From the NCBI GenBank assembly GCA_023150845.1, contig JAKLKD010000022.1, forward strand, positions 1-44,936: a stretch of 44,936 nt of DNA, written 5' to 3'. This document shows positions 29,436-38,506 of this stretch, piece after piece (within the stretch, counting starts at the first letter, position 1; every line of letters begins with the position of its first letter). Made by a program: the position numbers and the translations under genes. Under the pieces are notes generated by a model. The model was not told where the DNA came from. It was given only the letters and a program-made list of their open reading frames with translations, and searched no databases. This DNA comes from Myxococcota bacterium (GTDB lineage Bacteria > Myxococcota_A > UBA796 > CAJQPC01).

Positions 29436-30544
29436 TGTTTTACCACCTCTTCGTCCCGTTGGCGGACGACCACATCTTCTTCAACGTCTTCCGGTACACC
29501 ACGTTCCGGACGGCGTGGGCGCTCATGACCGCGCTCGGCTTCTGCTACCTGGTCTTCCCGAGCTTCATCAACTGGATGAACAACCGGAAGATGGAGCAGA
29601 TCATCCGCCGGGACGGGCCCCAGGAGCACCTGGAGAACAAGCTCGGCACGCCGACGATGGGCGGGGTGCCGATGCTCGCGGGCATCACGCTCTCGGCGCT
29701 CTTGTGGTGTCGCCTCGACCAGTGGTCGGTGTGGGTCTGCCTCATCGTGCTGCTCGGCTATGGGCTCATCGGCTTCATCGACGACTGGAAGAAGGTCATG
29801 GAGAAGTCGGCGGACGGCCTCGCCGGTCGCTGGAAGATCGTGGGGCAGCTCGTCTTCGGGGTGTTGCCCTTCGCCTGGGCCTACGGCACCGGGCGCATGA
29901 ACGCCGTGTTCCAGCTCCCCTTCTTTAAGGCGGGCGTGGACTTCGGGAACCTCTGGGAGGGCGCCCCGCCGAGCCTCGGCTGGATCTACCTCGCCTTGGT
30001 GCTGTTCATCCTCGTCGGCGCGTCGAACGCCGTGAACCTCACCGACGGCCTCGACGGCCTCGCCATCGGGCCGGTGATGACCTCGGCGGGCACCTACGGC
30101 ATCCTGGCCTATGTGGCCGGGAACACGAACTTCTCGGCGTACCTGGCCGTGGAGTACGTCGCCGGGGCCTCGGAGCTCACGGTCTTGTGTATGGCCGTCG
30201 TCGGCGCGGGCCTGGGCTTCCTCTGGTACAACGCCTACCCCGCGCAGATCTTTATGGGCGACGTGGGCTCCTTGGCCTTGGGCGGGCTGCTCGCGGCCTT
30301 GGCCATCGTCACCAAACATGAGGTGCTGTTGGCCTTGGTGGGCGGCATCTTTGTGTTGGAGACCGTCTCGGTCATCGTGCAGGTCGTGAGCTTCAAGACC
30401 ACGGGCAAACGTGTGTTCGCGATGGCGCCGATTCACCACCACTACGAGAAGCGGGGCTGGTCGGAGCCGAAGATCATCGTGCGGTTCTGGATCATCTCGA
30501 TCTTGCTCGCGCTCGTGGCCCTCACCACGCTGAAGCTGAGGTGA
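29435..30544 (+). CDS. mraY: Phospho-N-acetylmuramoyl-pentapeptide transferase MraY
   Basis: FNVFRYTTFR, GTPTMGG, NAVNLTDGLDGLA, and HHHYE are MraY blocks. The ATG at 29435 overlaps the murF stop and has a GGAGG upstream. Confidence 0.9.
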   Translation: MFYHLFVPLADDHIFFNVFRYTTFRTAWALMTALGFCYLVFPSFINWMNNRKMEQIIRRDGPQEHLENKLGTPTMGGVPMLAGITLSALLWCRLDQWSVWVCLIVLLGYGLIGFIDDWKKVMEKSADGLAGRWKIVGQLVFGVLPFAWAYGTGRMNAVFQLPFFKAGVDFGNLWEGAPPSLGWIYLALVLFILVGASNAVNLTDGLDGLAIGPVMTSAGTYGILAYVAGNTNFSAYLAVEYVAGASELTVLCMAVVGAGLGFLWYNAYPAQIFMGDVGSLALGGLLAALAIVTKHEVLLALVGGIFVLETVSVIVQVVSFKTTGKRVFAMAPIHHHYEKRGWSEPKIIVRFWIISILLALVALTTLKLR

Positions 30545-31860
30545 GCATGGCCGCCGCCAACGCCGTGATGCCACGACGGGTCACCGTGCTCGGGGCTGGG
30601 CTCTCGGGCCGGGCCGCGGCGAGACTCGCGCTGCGCCTGGGCGCCGAGCGCGTGACGCTCACCGACCTCAAGGCGGACTCCGAGGGCGTCGAGGGCGCCC
30701 GGGCGGTCTTCGGCCGCCACGACGACGCCGACCTCACCGAGGTGGACCTCCTCGTCGTGTCGCCGGGGGTTCCCGCCGCCGCGCCGCCGGTTCGCCGGGC
30801 CCAGGCCGCGGGGGTGGACGTCATCGGGGAGCTGGGCTTCGCCTGGCGCTTCTTGCCGCGCCTGCCGACGGCGGCCATCACCGGCACGAACGGCAAATCG
30901 ACGGTGACCCACTTCACGGGGCAGCTCCTGCGCGGCGCCGGGCGGCGGCCCTTCGTCGGCGGCAACCTCGGCACGCCCCTCTGTGAGGCCGTCGGCGGTG
31001 ACTTCGACAGCCTCGTCGTCGAGGTCTCCTCCTACCAGCTTGAGCTGGCTGGAGACTTCGCGCCGGACGTCGGGGTCATCCTCAACCTCACCCCCGACCA
31101 CCTCGCCCGGCACGGCACCATGGAGGGCTACGCCGCGGCGAAGGCGAAGCTCTTTGACCACATGACCCCGGACGGGCTCGCCTATGTCCCCAATGGAGAC
31201 ATTCTCCTGCGCGCGGCCTGTGAGGGCAAGGCGGGCCAGCGGCGCTGGCTCGACGGGGAGCCTGGGGTGAACCTCAGCGACGATGGCGCCTTCGCCCTCA
31301 TCGAGGGGGAGCGCCTGGATCTCTCCGACCTGCGCGTGATGGGGCGCATCAACCGCTGGAACGCCGCTGTCGCCGCCGCCTTGGCCCGGGGCCTGGGCGC
31401 GCCCCTCGGCGCCCTCGACCTCTCGGCGCTCACGGCCCTGCCGCACCGGATGCAGCCCGTCGCCGAGCGGGACGGCGTGCTCTGGATCAACGACTCCAAG
31501 GCCACGAACGTCGACGCCGCCCTGGTGGGCTTGGCGAGCGTCGATCGCCCGGCGGTGGTCATCCTCGGCGGCCAAGGCAAAGAGGGCGCGGACTACGGCC
31601 TGCTCGTCCCGGCGCTCCAGCGCGCGGCGGCGGAGGTCATCGTCTGCGGCGGCAGCGCCCCGGAGATCTCTCGGGGCCTCGGGGCTCAGCCGCACCACGT
31701 CGTCCCCGGCCTCGCCGACGCCGTGGTCTTGGCCCGTCGCCTCGCCCGGCCCGGCCAGGCCGTGCTGCTCACCCCGGCCTGCGCCTCGTTTGATGAGTTC
31801 AACAACTTCGAGCACCGCGGGGCCGTCTTCGCGCGGCTCGCCCAGGAGGCCACGACATGA
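30541..31860 (+). CDS. murD: UDP-N-acetylmuramoylalanine--D-glutamate ligase MurD
   Basis: It has an N-terminal Rossmann region (VTVLGAGLSGRAAARL) and AITGTNGKSTVT. The start is GTG 30541 or ATG 30547. Confidence 0.9.
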   Translation: MSMAAANAVMPRRVTVLGAGLSGRAAARLALRLGAERVTLTDLKADSEGVEGARAVFGRHDDADLTEVDLLVVSPGVPAAAPPVRRAQAAGVDVIGELGFAWRFLPRLPTAAITGTNGKSTVTHFTGQLLRGAGRRPFVGGNLGTPLCEAVGGDFDSLVVEVSSYQLELAGDFAPDVGVILNLTPDHLARHGTMEGYAAAKAKLFDHMTPDGLAYVPNGDILLRAACEGKAGQRRWLDGEPGVNLSDDGAFALIEGERLDLSDLRVMGRINRWNAAVAAALARGLGAPLGALDLSALTALPHRMQPVAERDGVLWINDSKATNVDAALVGLASVDRPAVVILGGQGKEGADYGLLVPALQRAAAEVIVCGGSAPEISRGLGAQPHHVVPGLADAVVLARRLARPGQAVLLTPACASFDEFNNFEHRGAVFARLAQEATT

Positions 31861-33011
31861 AGGCCCGCCGTTTTGACCTGCCCCTCTTGGGGCTCGTGGT
31901 CGTGCTGCTCATCCTCGGCCTCGTCATGGTGCAGTCCGCGTCGGGGCCCGTGGCCGCGGACCGCCTGGACGACCCCTGGTACTACGTCAAGCGCCAGCTC
32001 GCGGCCATCATCGTGGGCATCGGCGGGGGCGTGACCATCGCGTTCACGCCGTATGAGTGGCTGCGGCGTTACGCCTGGGCCGCCTACGCCGCGGTCATCG
32101 TCGGGCTCATCTTGGTGTTTGTGCCGGGGCTCGGCCACCGGGTCAACGGCGCGTCACGCTGGATCGGCATGGGCAGCGTGAACCTCCAGCCCTCTGAGCT
32201 CGCGAAGCTCGTCTGCGTCTTGTGTATGGCGCACTTCATCGACGAGAAGGGCGGGCGCCTGGACGACGTGAAGAAGGTGCTGCTCCCGGCCTTGGCCATC
32301 CCTGCGCCCCTCATGCTGCTCATCGTGATGGAGCCGGACTTCGGCACGACGGTCATCGTCGGCGGCATGGCGTTCATCACCTTGGTCGTCGCCGGGCTGC
32401 GCACACGCTTCATCTACGCCCTGTTCGGCGCTGGCGTCACCTTAGGCGCCTTGGTGATGGTCGCCGAGCCCTACCGCCTCAAGCGCCTACGATCCTTTAT
32501 GGATCCTTGGGCCGACGCCGCGGGGGCTGGCTACCAGGTCATCCAGTCGATGATCGCCTTCCACTCCGGCGGGCTCAGCGGGCGCGGCCTCGGCGAGAGC
32601 CAGGCGAAGCACCTCTTCTTGCCGGAGCCCTGGACGGACTTCATCGCCGCCGTGCTCGGTGAGGAGCTCGGCCTCGTCGGTGTGCTCGCGCTGCTCGTGC
32701 TCTACAGCCTGCTCATCTGGCGCGGGATGCACATCGCGCGGCAGGCCGATGACCTCTTCGGCGCCTTGTTGGCGACCTCCTTGACCGCCGCAATCGGGCT
32801 GCAGGCCTTCTTCAACCTCGGCGTCGTCATGGGCGTCGTGCCGCCGAAGGGCCTCGTGCTGCCCTTCATGTCCTATGGCGCCTCGGCCATCGTCGCCCAG
32901 CTCTTCGCCGTCGGCCTGCTCCTGAACGTCTCGGCGAACAGCGCCGCCGGGGCGCGCGCGCCCACCATCTACCGCCCGAGCGCGACGGCGGAGGGGGTCC
33001 TGGCCCGATGA
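31857..33011 (+). CDS. ftsW: Peptidoglycan glycosyltransferase FtsW (SEDS family)
   Basis: It is polytopic, with SEDS motifs (SMIAFHSGGLSGRGLGES, LPEPWTDFI). Its position between murD and murC supports FtsW over RodA. Confidence 0.85.
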   Translation: MKARRFDLPLLGLVVVLLILGLVMVQSASGPVAADRLDDPWYYVKRQLAAIIVGIGGGVTIAFTPYEWLRRYAWAAYAAVIVGLILVFVPGLGHRVNGASRWIGMGSVNLQPSELAKLVCVLCMAHFIDEKGGRLDDVKKVLLPALAIPAPLMLLIVMEPDFGTTVIVGGMAFITLVVAGLRTRFIYALFGAGVTLGALVMVAEPYRLKRLRSFMDPWADAAGAGYQVIQSMIAFHSGGLSGRGLGESQAKHLFLPEPWTDFIAAVLGEELGLVGVLALLVLYSLLIWRGMHIARQADDLFGALLATSLTAAIGLQAFFNLGVVMGVVPPKGLVLPFMSYGASAIVAQLFAVGLLLNVSANSAAGARAPTIYRPSATAEGVLAR

Positions 33012-34396
33012 TGTTCCGTGGAAAGGTGCGCCAGGTTCATTTTGTCGGCATCGGCGGCTCGGGCATGAACGGGCTCGCCGAGGTGCTGCTCACCTTGGGC
33101 TTCGTCGTGTCCGGCTCGGACATGAAAGAGAGCGCCACCGTCGCCCGGCTGCGCAGCCTCGGCGCCCAGGTGTTCATCGGGCATCGGGCGGAGAACATCG
33201 TCGGCGCCGACGTCATCGTGCGCTCGACGGCGGTGCCCGACCACAACCCCGAGCTGAGCGCGGGCCGCGCCCAGGCCGTGCCCGTCATCCCCCGGGCGGA
33301 GCTCCTCGCCGAGCTCATGCGCATGAAGTACGGCGTCGCCGTCGCGGGCACCCACGGCAAGACGACGACGACCTCAATGGTCGCCCAGATCCTCGGCGCG
33401 GCGGGCCTCGACCCCACCGTGGTCATCGGCGGCAAGCTCGACGCCTTGGGCTCCAACGCCCGGCTCGGCCAGGGGGAGCTCCTCGTCGCTGAGGCCGATG
33501 AGTCCGACGGCAGCTTCTTGTTGTTGGCGCCGACGGTGGCGATCATCACGAACATCGACCCCGAGCACCTCGACCACTACGGGGACTTCGCCAGCTTACG
33601 GCAGGCCTTCATCCAGTTCGCCAACAAGGTGCCCTTCTTCGGGTTCACCGTGGCCTGCCTCGACCACCCCGTCGTCCAGGAGAGCCTCCCCGAGCTGCGC
33701 CGCCGCGTCGTGACCTACGGCCTCACCCGCCAGGCCGACCTGCGCGGCGACGACATCCGCTGCGAGGGCCTCGAGACGAGCTTCGCCGTGCACCGCGGCG
33801 GGGAGACCCTGGGCCGCCTGCGCCTGATGATGCCTGGGCGGCACAACGTGCAGAACGCCTTGGCGGCGACGGCGACGGCTCTGGGCCTCGACATCCCCTT
33901 TGAGCAGATCGCCGCGGGGCTGGACGGCTTCACCGGGGTGCAGCGCCGCTTCACCGTCGTCGGCGACGCCGGCGGCGTCATGGTCGTGGACGACTACGGC
34001 CACCACCCTGAAGAGATCCGCGCCACGCTCGCAGCCGCCCGGGCGGGCTTCGCCCAGCGCCGCATCATCGCGGTCTTCCAGCCCCACCGCTACACCCGGG
34101 TGCGCGACCTGCACGCCGACTTCTGCCGGGCGTTCAACCGCGCGGACCTCGTGCTCGTCTGCCCCATCGCCGCGGCGGGGGAGGCGCCGATCGAGGGCAT
34201 CGACCACCAGAGCCTCGCCGAGGGCCTGCGCCGCTACGGGCACCGCGGCGTCGAGCGTGTGGATGACCTCGACGAGGCCTTGGCCCGGCTCTCAGACATC
34301 GTTCAGCCCAACGACCTCGTGATCACCCTCGGCGCGGGCAACGTGAACTCCCTCTGCGCGCCGCTGGTTCGGCGCCTCGGCGGGGAGCCTCGTTGA
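33008..34396 (+). CDS. murC: UDP-N-acetylmuramate--L-alanine ligase MurC
   Basis: HFVGIGGSGMNGLAEVLL and AVAGTHGKTTTTSM are present. The gene directly follows ftsW with no murG in between. Confidence 0.9.
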   Translation: MMFRGKVRQVHFVGIGGSGMNGLAEVLLTLGFVVSGSDMKESATVARLRSLGAQVFIGHRAENIVGADVIVRSTAVPDHNPELSAGRAQAVPVIPRAELLAELMRMKYGVAVAGTHGKTTTTSMVAQILGAAGLDPTVVIGGKLDALGSNARLGQGELLVAEADESDGSFLLLAPTVAIITNIDPEHLDHYGDFASLRQAFIQFANKVPFFGFTVACLDHPVVQESLPELRRRVVTYGLTRQADLRGDDIRCEGLETSFAVHRGGETLGRLRLMMPGRHNVQNALAATATALGLDIPFEQIAAGLDGFTGVQRRFTVVGDAGGVMVVDDYGHHPEEIRATLAAARAGFAQRRIIAVFQPHRYTRVRDLHADFCRAFNRADLVLVCPIAAAGEAPIEGIDHQSLAEGLRRYGHRGVERVDDLDEALARLSDIVQPNDLVITLGAGNVNSLCAPLVRRLGGEPR

Positions 34397-35250
34397 GCGC
34401 ACCCAGCCTCCCCATCGCCGCCGTGGCCGAGCGCCTGCGCAGCGTGCCTGGCCTCATGGCGCGTGAGGACGAGCCCATGAGCCGCCACACCGCCTGGCGC
34501 GTGGGTGGGCCCGCGGCCCTGTGGGTGGTGGTCGAGACGGAGGAGGCGCTCCTGGAGGCCGTCGGGATCATCCGTGAGGCCAACGAGCGGGTCGTGCCCG
34601 TCGATGGCCAGCACCTCTGGGTGGGCGACGGCGGCGTCGATGGGGTGTGGCTGCGGCTCGGCGCCTGCGCGGAGGGGGTGCAGCGCGACGGCCTTCGCCT
34701 CGACGTGGGCGCCCAGACCCCCGTGGCGGCTCTGGCCAGCTACGCCCGCCGAGAGGGCCTCATCGGCCTGGAGGGCACCATCAACACCTCGGGCACCGTG
34801 GCGGAGCTGCTCCGCCGGGAGGAGCCCCCGCCGACCTTGGTGGGCGTGCGGGTGCTGCGCGGCGGGCGCCTCGCAGAGGTCACCCCCGACAAGCTCAAGG
34901 AGGACCACGTCATCGTGCGGGCCCGTTTCGTGCTTGACCCCGCCCAGGCCCTCAAGGGCGGTCGGAACCCCAAGCGTGGGCCGGGCCTCCCGGGCCGCCT
35001 GTTCTTGGACCCCAAGAAGAACCACAGCGCCGCGGAGATGATGAGTGAGCTTGGCCTGCGGGGCGTGCGCCTGCGCGGGGCGCGGCTCGGCGGCTTCGAG
35101 CCGAACACCCTCATCAACCTCGGCGGCGCCAAAGAGAACGACCTCAAGGTGCTCATCGGCATGGTCAAGGACCGCGCCAAGAGCCACCTCGGCGTAGACC
35201 TGAACCCTGAGCTCAAGCCCCTGGGGCGTAGCCGGAGGAGTGATGGCTGA
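34393..35250 (+). CDS. murB: UDP-N-acetylenolpyruvoylglucosamine reductase MurB (divergent)
   Basis: The N-terminal FAD-binding region is DEPMSRHTAWRVGGPA, and the C-terminus is LGLRGVRLRGARLGGFEPNTLINLGGAKENDLKVLIGMVKDRAKSHLGVDLNPELK. The GS(V/F)FKNP catalytic-Ser motif appears as GRLFLDP; this is a by-eye alignment and is uncertain. The start is TTG 34393. Confidence 0.7.
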   Translation: MSAPSLPIAAVAERLRSVPGLMAREDEPMSRHTAWRVGGPAALWVVVETEEALLEAVGIIREANERVVPVDGQHLWVGDGGVDGVWLRLGACAEGVQRDGLRLDVGAQTPVAALASYARREGLIGLEGTINTSGTVAELLRREEPPPTLVGVRVLRGGRLAEVTPDKLKEDHVIVRARFVLDPAQALKGGRNPKRGPGLPGRLFLDPKKNHSAAEMMSELGLRGVRLRGARLGGFEPNTLINLGGAKENDLKVLIGMVKDRAKSHLGVDLNPELKPLGRSRRSDG

Positions 35251-36199
35251 GACAGCGATGGCTGAGACGGTGATTGCCCGCGGCGCGCGGGTGGCGGTGC
35301 TCATGGGCGGCATGTCCAGCGAGCGTGAGATCTCCCTCAAGTCGGGCAAGGCCGTGCTGGGCGCGCTCCAGAGCCGCGGCTGGGACGCCCACGCCGTAGA
35401 CGTCGGCCCGGACCTCCCCGAGCGCCTGCGCGAGCTCGGCGCCCAGGTGGCCTGGATCGCGCTTCACGGCCAGTTCGGCGAGGACGGCTGCGTGCAGGGC
35501 CTCCTGGAGATCATGCGGATCCCCTACACCGGCTCCGGGGTGCGCGGCTCGGCGGTGGCGATGGACAAGATCGCCACCAAACGTGCCTTGGTCGGCTCCG
35601 GCGTCGTCATGCCGGCCGACACCGTCTGGCGCCGCGGCGAGGCGATGCCCGAGGACCTGCCCCTGCCGCTCGTGGCCAAGTTCCCCGAGGGCGGCTCGAC
35701 CTTAGGCGTCGTGATGGTCCATGAGGAGCATGAGCTTGAGAAGGCGCTCCTCGACCTCGCCCAGCTCGGCGAAGAGGTGCTCCTGGAGCAGTTTGTCCGG
35801 GGCGACGAGATCACCGTCGCGGTGCTCAACGGCCGGGCCCTGCCCGTGGTCGCCATCGTGCCCGAGTCCGGCTTCTTCGACTTCGCCGCCAAGTACACCA
35901 AGGGCCTCACCCGCTACATCGTGCCCGCGCCCATCGACCCCACCATCGCCGAGCGCGCCCAGCGCGCCGCTGAAGAGGCCTACACCCGCCTCGGCCTCGG
36001 CGGCGTCGCCCGCGCCGACTTCATCGTCGACGCCTCGGGCCAGCCCTACTTCTTGGAGATCAACACCATCCCCGGCATGACCGCGACCAGCCTGAGCCCA
36101 ATGGCGGCCGGGGCCATCGGGATGTCCTTTGAGGAGCTCGTCGAGAAGATCCTCCTCGGCGCGCGCCTCCACCTGGAGCGCCGCGACGGGCGCGCCTGA
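35240..36199 (+). CDS. ddl: D-alanine--D-alanine ligase Ddl
   Basis: RVAVLMGGMSSEREISL, LHGQFGEDGCVQGLLE, and an ATP-grasp region (EFVRGDEITVAVLNG, YFLEINTIPGMT) are present. Alternative ATGs are at 35240, 35243 and 35258 because of a tandem MAET duplication. Confidence 0.9.
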   Translation: MMAETAMAETVIARGARVAVLMGGMSSEREISLKSGKAVLGALQSRGWDAHAVDVGPDLPERLRELGAQVAWIALHGQFGEDGCVQGLLEIMRIPYTGSGVRGSAVAMDKIATKRALVGSGVVMPADTVWRRGEAMPEDLPLPLVAKFPEGGSTLGVVMVHEEHELEKALLDLAQLGEEVLLEQFVRGDEITVAVLNGRALPVVAIVPESGFFDFAAKYTKGLTRYIVPAPIDPTIAERAQRAAEEAYTRLGLGGVARADFIVDASGQPYFLEINTIPGMTATSLSPMAAGAIGMSFEELVEKILLGARLHLERRDGRA

Positions 36200-36261
36200 G
36201 CCCCAAGGATCCTTGTGTGGGGGTCGAATCGGCCCAACACAGGAAAAATCAAACTATTTAC

Positions 36262-36291
36262 TTGTCAAGACTTCTAAGCCTCTGGTAAAAG
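36262..36291 (+). promoter_or_regulatory. Putative internal σ70 promoter upstream of ftsQ-ftsZ (TTGTCA-N18-TAAAAG)
   Basis: TTGTCA is at 36262–67 and TAAAAG at 36286–91, in a locally AT-richer 168-bp ddl–ftsQ spacer. Confidence 0.3.
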
Positions 36292-36366
36292 AAGCTCAGT
36301 CCCCGTAGAAGCCGCCGCTGCACCGCGAACGCTGACCTCCCCCGCTGCCCCTGCCTGTTGAGAGCC

Positions 36367-37143
36367 ATGCTGACCCGTCTCCGTGACCGCCTCGCCGACC
36401 TGCTGGAGCGCCCCATCGTGGGCCGCGTCCTGCGGCTGCTCGGCGTGGCCGTGGTGACGGCCGGCGTGAGCGGCCTCGGCGTCTACGGCGTCTGCAACTA
36501 CCACCGCTTCGCCCGAGTCGCGACGGTTGAGGTCGTGGGCAACCACCACGCCAGCGTCGTCGCCGTGCGCCACCTCGCGGACGTGCACGAAGGCGACGCG
36601 CTCCTGCTCATTGACCTCGACGCCGTCATCCGCCAGGTGATGCGCCATCCTTGGGTGGCCGAGGTGGACGTCGAGCGGGTGTACCCCGGCGGCCTGCGCG
36701 TGCATGTGCGTGAGCACGAGGACGTGCTGCTGCTCTCCCACGGGGGCGCGCTTTACCGCGTCAACCCCTCGGGAGAGGTGTTCTTGCGCGCTCGGGGCGA
36801 CGGCCTCGACCGCCCGGTGCTCACCGGGCTGGACGATCGCCTCGTAGAGCAATATGGGCCGGTGGCTCGGCGCATCGTGCTCGACGCGCTGCACATCCTC
36901 GACCTCGTCGGGGAGAGCGGCGTGATTCAACCCGACGAGATCTCTGAGCTTCACTTTGACGAGGCCCTCGGCTTCACCCTGCTCCTCCGCAACGGCGGCT
37001 TGCTCCGGTTCGGTTTCCGCGACCCGGCGCAGCAGCTCAAGCGGCTCGGGGTCATGGCTCGCAACGGGCTTGACCTCTCCGTTCCTCACCACATCGACCT
37101 CGACCTCGACGGCCTCGCTGTGGCGACCCCGCTCTCGTCCTGA
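36367..37143 (+). CDS. ftsQ: Cell-division protein FtsQ/DivIB (TM plus POTRA domain)
   Basis: It has a TM segment (VLRLLGVAVVTAGVSGLGVYGV) and a POTRA-like region (VATVEVVGNHHASVVAVRHLADV…GDALLLIDLDAVIRQVMRHPWVAEVDVERVYPGGLRVHVRE). The ATG at 36367 is preferred over the TTG at 36358. Confidence 0.75.
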   Translation: MLTRLRDRLADLLERPIVGRVLRLLGVAVVTAGVSGLGVYGVCNYHRFARVATVEVVGNHHASVVAVRHLADVHEGDALLLIDLDAVIRQVMRHPWVAEVDVERVYPGGLRVHVREHEDVLLLSHGGALYRVNPSGEVFLRARGDGLDRPVLTGLDDRLVEQYGPVARRIVLDALHILDLVGESGVIQPDEISELHFDEALGFTLLLRNGGLLRFGFRDPAQQLKRLGVMARNGLDLSVPHHIDLDLDGLAVATPLSS

Positions 37144-37308
37144 GCCAACCCCGGCTCATCCTCGGACGAGACGACCTCTGCAAGCACCTCGCTCCTCCTC
37201 CTGCTGCTCTCCTCCTCGTCTCCTTCGTCCCCCGCGAACGACAACACCCTCCAAGCCTCGCCTGTCCTCCTGCCGCGCCTATGCGCAGGGGCACTCCGGG
37301 AGAACTCC

Positions 37309-38424
37309 ATGCCCATCGAAATCATTGAGAACGAACTGGTCGGCGCCAAGATCAAGGTGATCGGCGTCGGCGGCGGCGGCAACAACGCCGTCAACACCAT
37401 GATCGCGGGTGGTCTCACCGGGGTCGAGTTCATCGCGGTGAACACCGACGCCCAGGATCTGCGTCGCTCCCTCGCGCCGCGCCGCTTCCAGCTCGGCGGG
37501 CAGCTCACCAAGGGCCTCGGCGCGGGCGCCAACCCCGAGGTCGGCCGTGAGGCGGCCCTTGAGGACAAGGAGCGCCTCGCGGAGCTCGTCGTCGGCGCCG
37601 ACATGGTCTTCGTGACCGCCGGCATGGGCGGCGGCACCGGCACGGGCGCGGCCCCGGTCTTGGCCCAGCTCGCTCGTGAGCACGGCGCCCTCACCGTCGG
37701 CGTCGTCACCCGCCCCTTCTGGTTCGAGGGCAAGAAGCGCCGCCGTCAGGCCGAGGAGGGCATCGAGGCCCTCAAGGGCGTCGTGGACACCCTCATCACC
37801 ATCCCCAACCAGCGCCTCATCGCGATGGCCAGCGACCGCACCACCATGAAGGAGGCGTTCAACCTCGCCGACCAGGTGCTGCTCCAGGCCATCAAGGGCG
37901 TGTCCGACCTCATCAACTTCGAGGGCATCGTCAACGTCGACTTCGCCGACGTGCGCACGACGATGGCCAACAAGGGCGTGGCGCTCATGGGCGTCGGCAC
38001 CGCCACCGGCGACCACAAGACGGTCGACGCCGCCCAGCGCGCGATCTCGTCCCCGCTGCTCGACGACGTGTCCATCTCCGGCGCCACCAGCGTCCTGATG
38101 AACATCACCGGCAACTCGAACCTCACGATGTACGAGATCAACGAGGCCTCCTCGCTCATCCAGGAAGAGGCCCACGAGGACGTCAACCTCATCTGGGGTT
38201 GGGTCATCGACGACACCATGGGCGACGAGGCCCGCGTCACCGTCATCGCCACGGGCTTCGAGGAGGCCCGCCAGCAGGTGGTGCCCTCCGCCGAGCGCCG
38301 CGTCGCCGTGCAGGTGGCCGGTCGCCGCGGGATGCACGGTGGCCACGGCCGCGAGATGGCCAGCGGCTTCGACATCGCGCACGACGACTACGACATCCCG
38401 ACGTTCTACAAGAACGCCGACTGA
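37309..38424 (+). CDS. ftsZ: Cell-division GTPase FtsZ
   Basis: [15 protein letters not shown] and the tubulin signature [11 protein letters not shown] are present, with NVDFADV and a conserved C-terminal peptide DYDIPTFYK. The gene directly follows ftsQ with no ftsA. Confidence 0.95.
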   Translation: MPIEIIENELVGAKIKVIGVGGGGNNAVNTMIAGGLTGVEFIAVNTDAQDLRRSLAPRRFQLGGQLTKGLGAGANPEVGREAALEDKERLAELVVGADMVFVTAGMGGGTGTGAAPVLAQLAREHGALTVGVVTRPFWFEGKKRRRQAEEGIEALKGVVDTLITIPNQRLIAMASDRTTMKEAFNLADQVLLQAIKGVSDLINFEGIVNVDFADVRTTMANKGVALMGVGTATGDHKTVDAAQRAISSPLLDDVSISGATSVLMNITGNSNLTMYEINEASSLIQEEAHEDVNLIWGWVIDDTMGDEARVTVIATGFEEARQQVVPSAERRVAVQVAGRRGMHGGHGREMASGFDIAHDDYDIPTFYKNAD

Positions 38425-38450
38425 ACGACTCTGGCTGGTGCTCTCAGCCT

Positions 38451-38498
38451 GCGGCCCGGTCCCTCTGAGGCAGAGGAGGCCGGGCCGCCTCGTTTTTT
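38451..38498 (+). terminator. Intrinsic terminator after ftsZ: GCGGCCCGG…CCGGGCCGC extended hairpin followed by CTCGTTTTTTGG
   Basis: A 9-bp outer stem encloses an inner CCTCTG/CAGAGG stem and is followed by a T6 tract. It lies between ftsZ and the convergent TPR lipoprotein gene. Confidence 0.75.
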
Positions 38499-38506
38499 GG
38501 GCCCCA

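Noticed and set aside
30442-31815. 457-aa minus-strand ORF, with a similar 348-aa ORF at 34303..35349
   Set aside because: Both are antisense to murD and murB respectively. The Mur ligase and reductase identities on the plus strand are clear.
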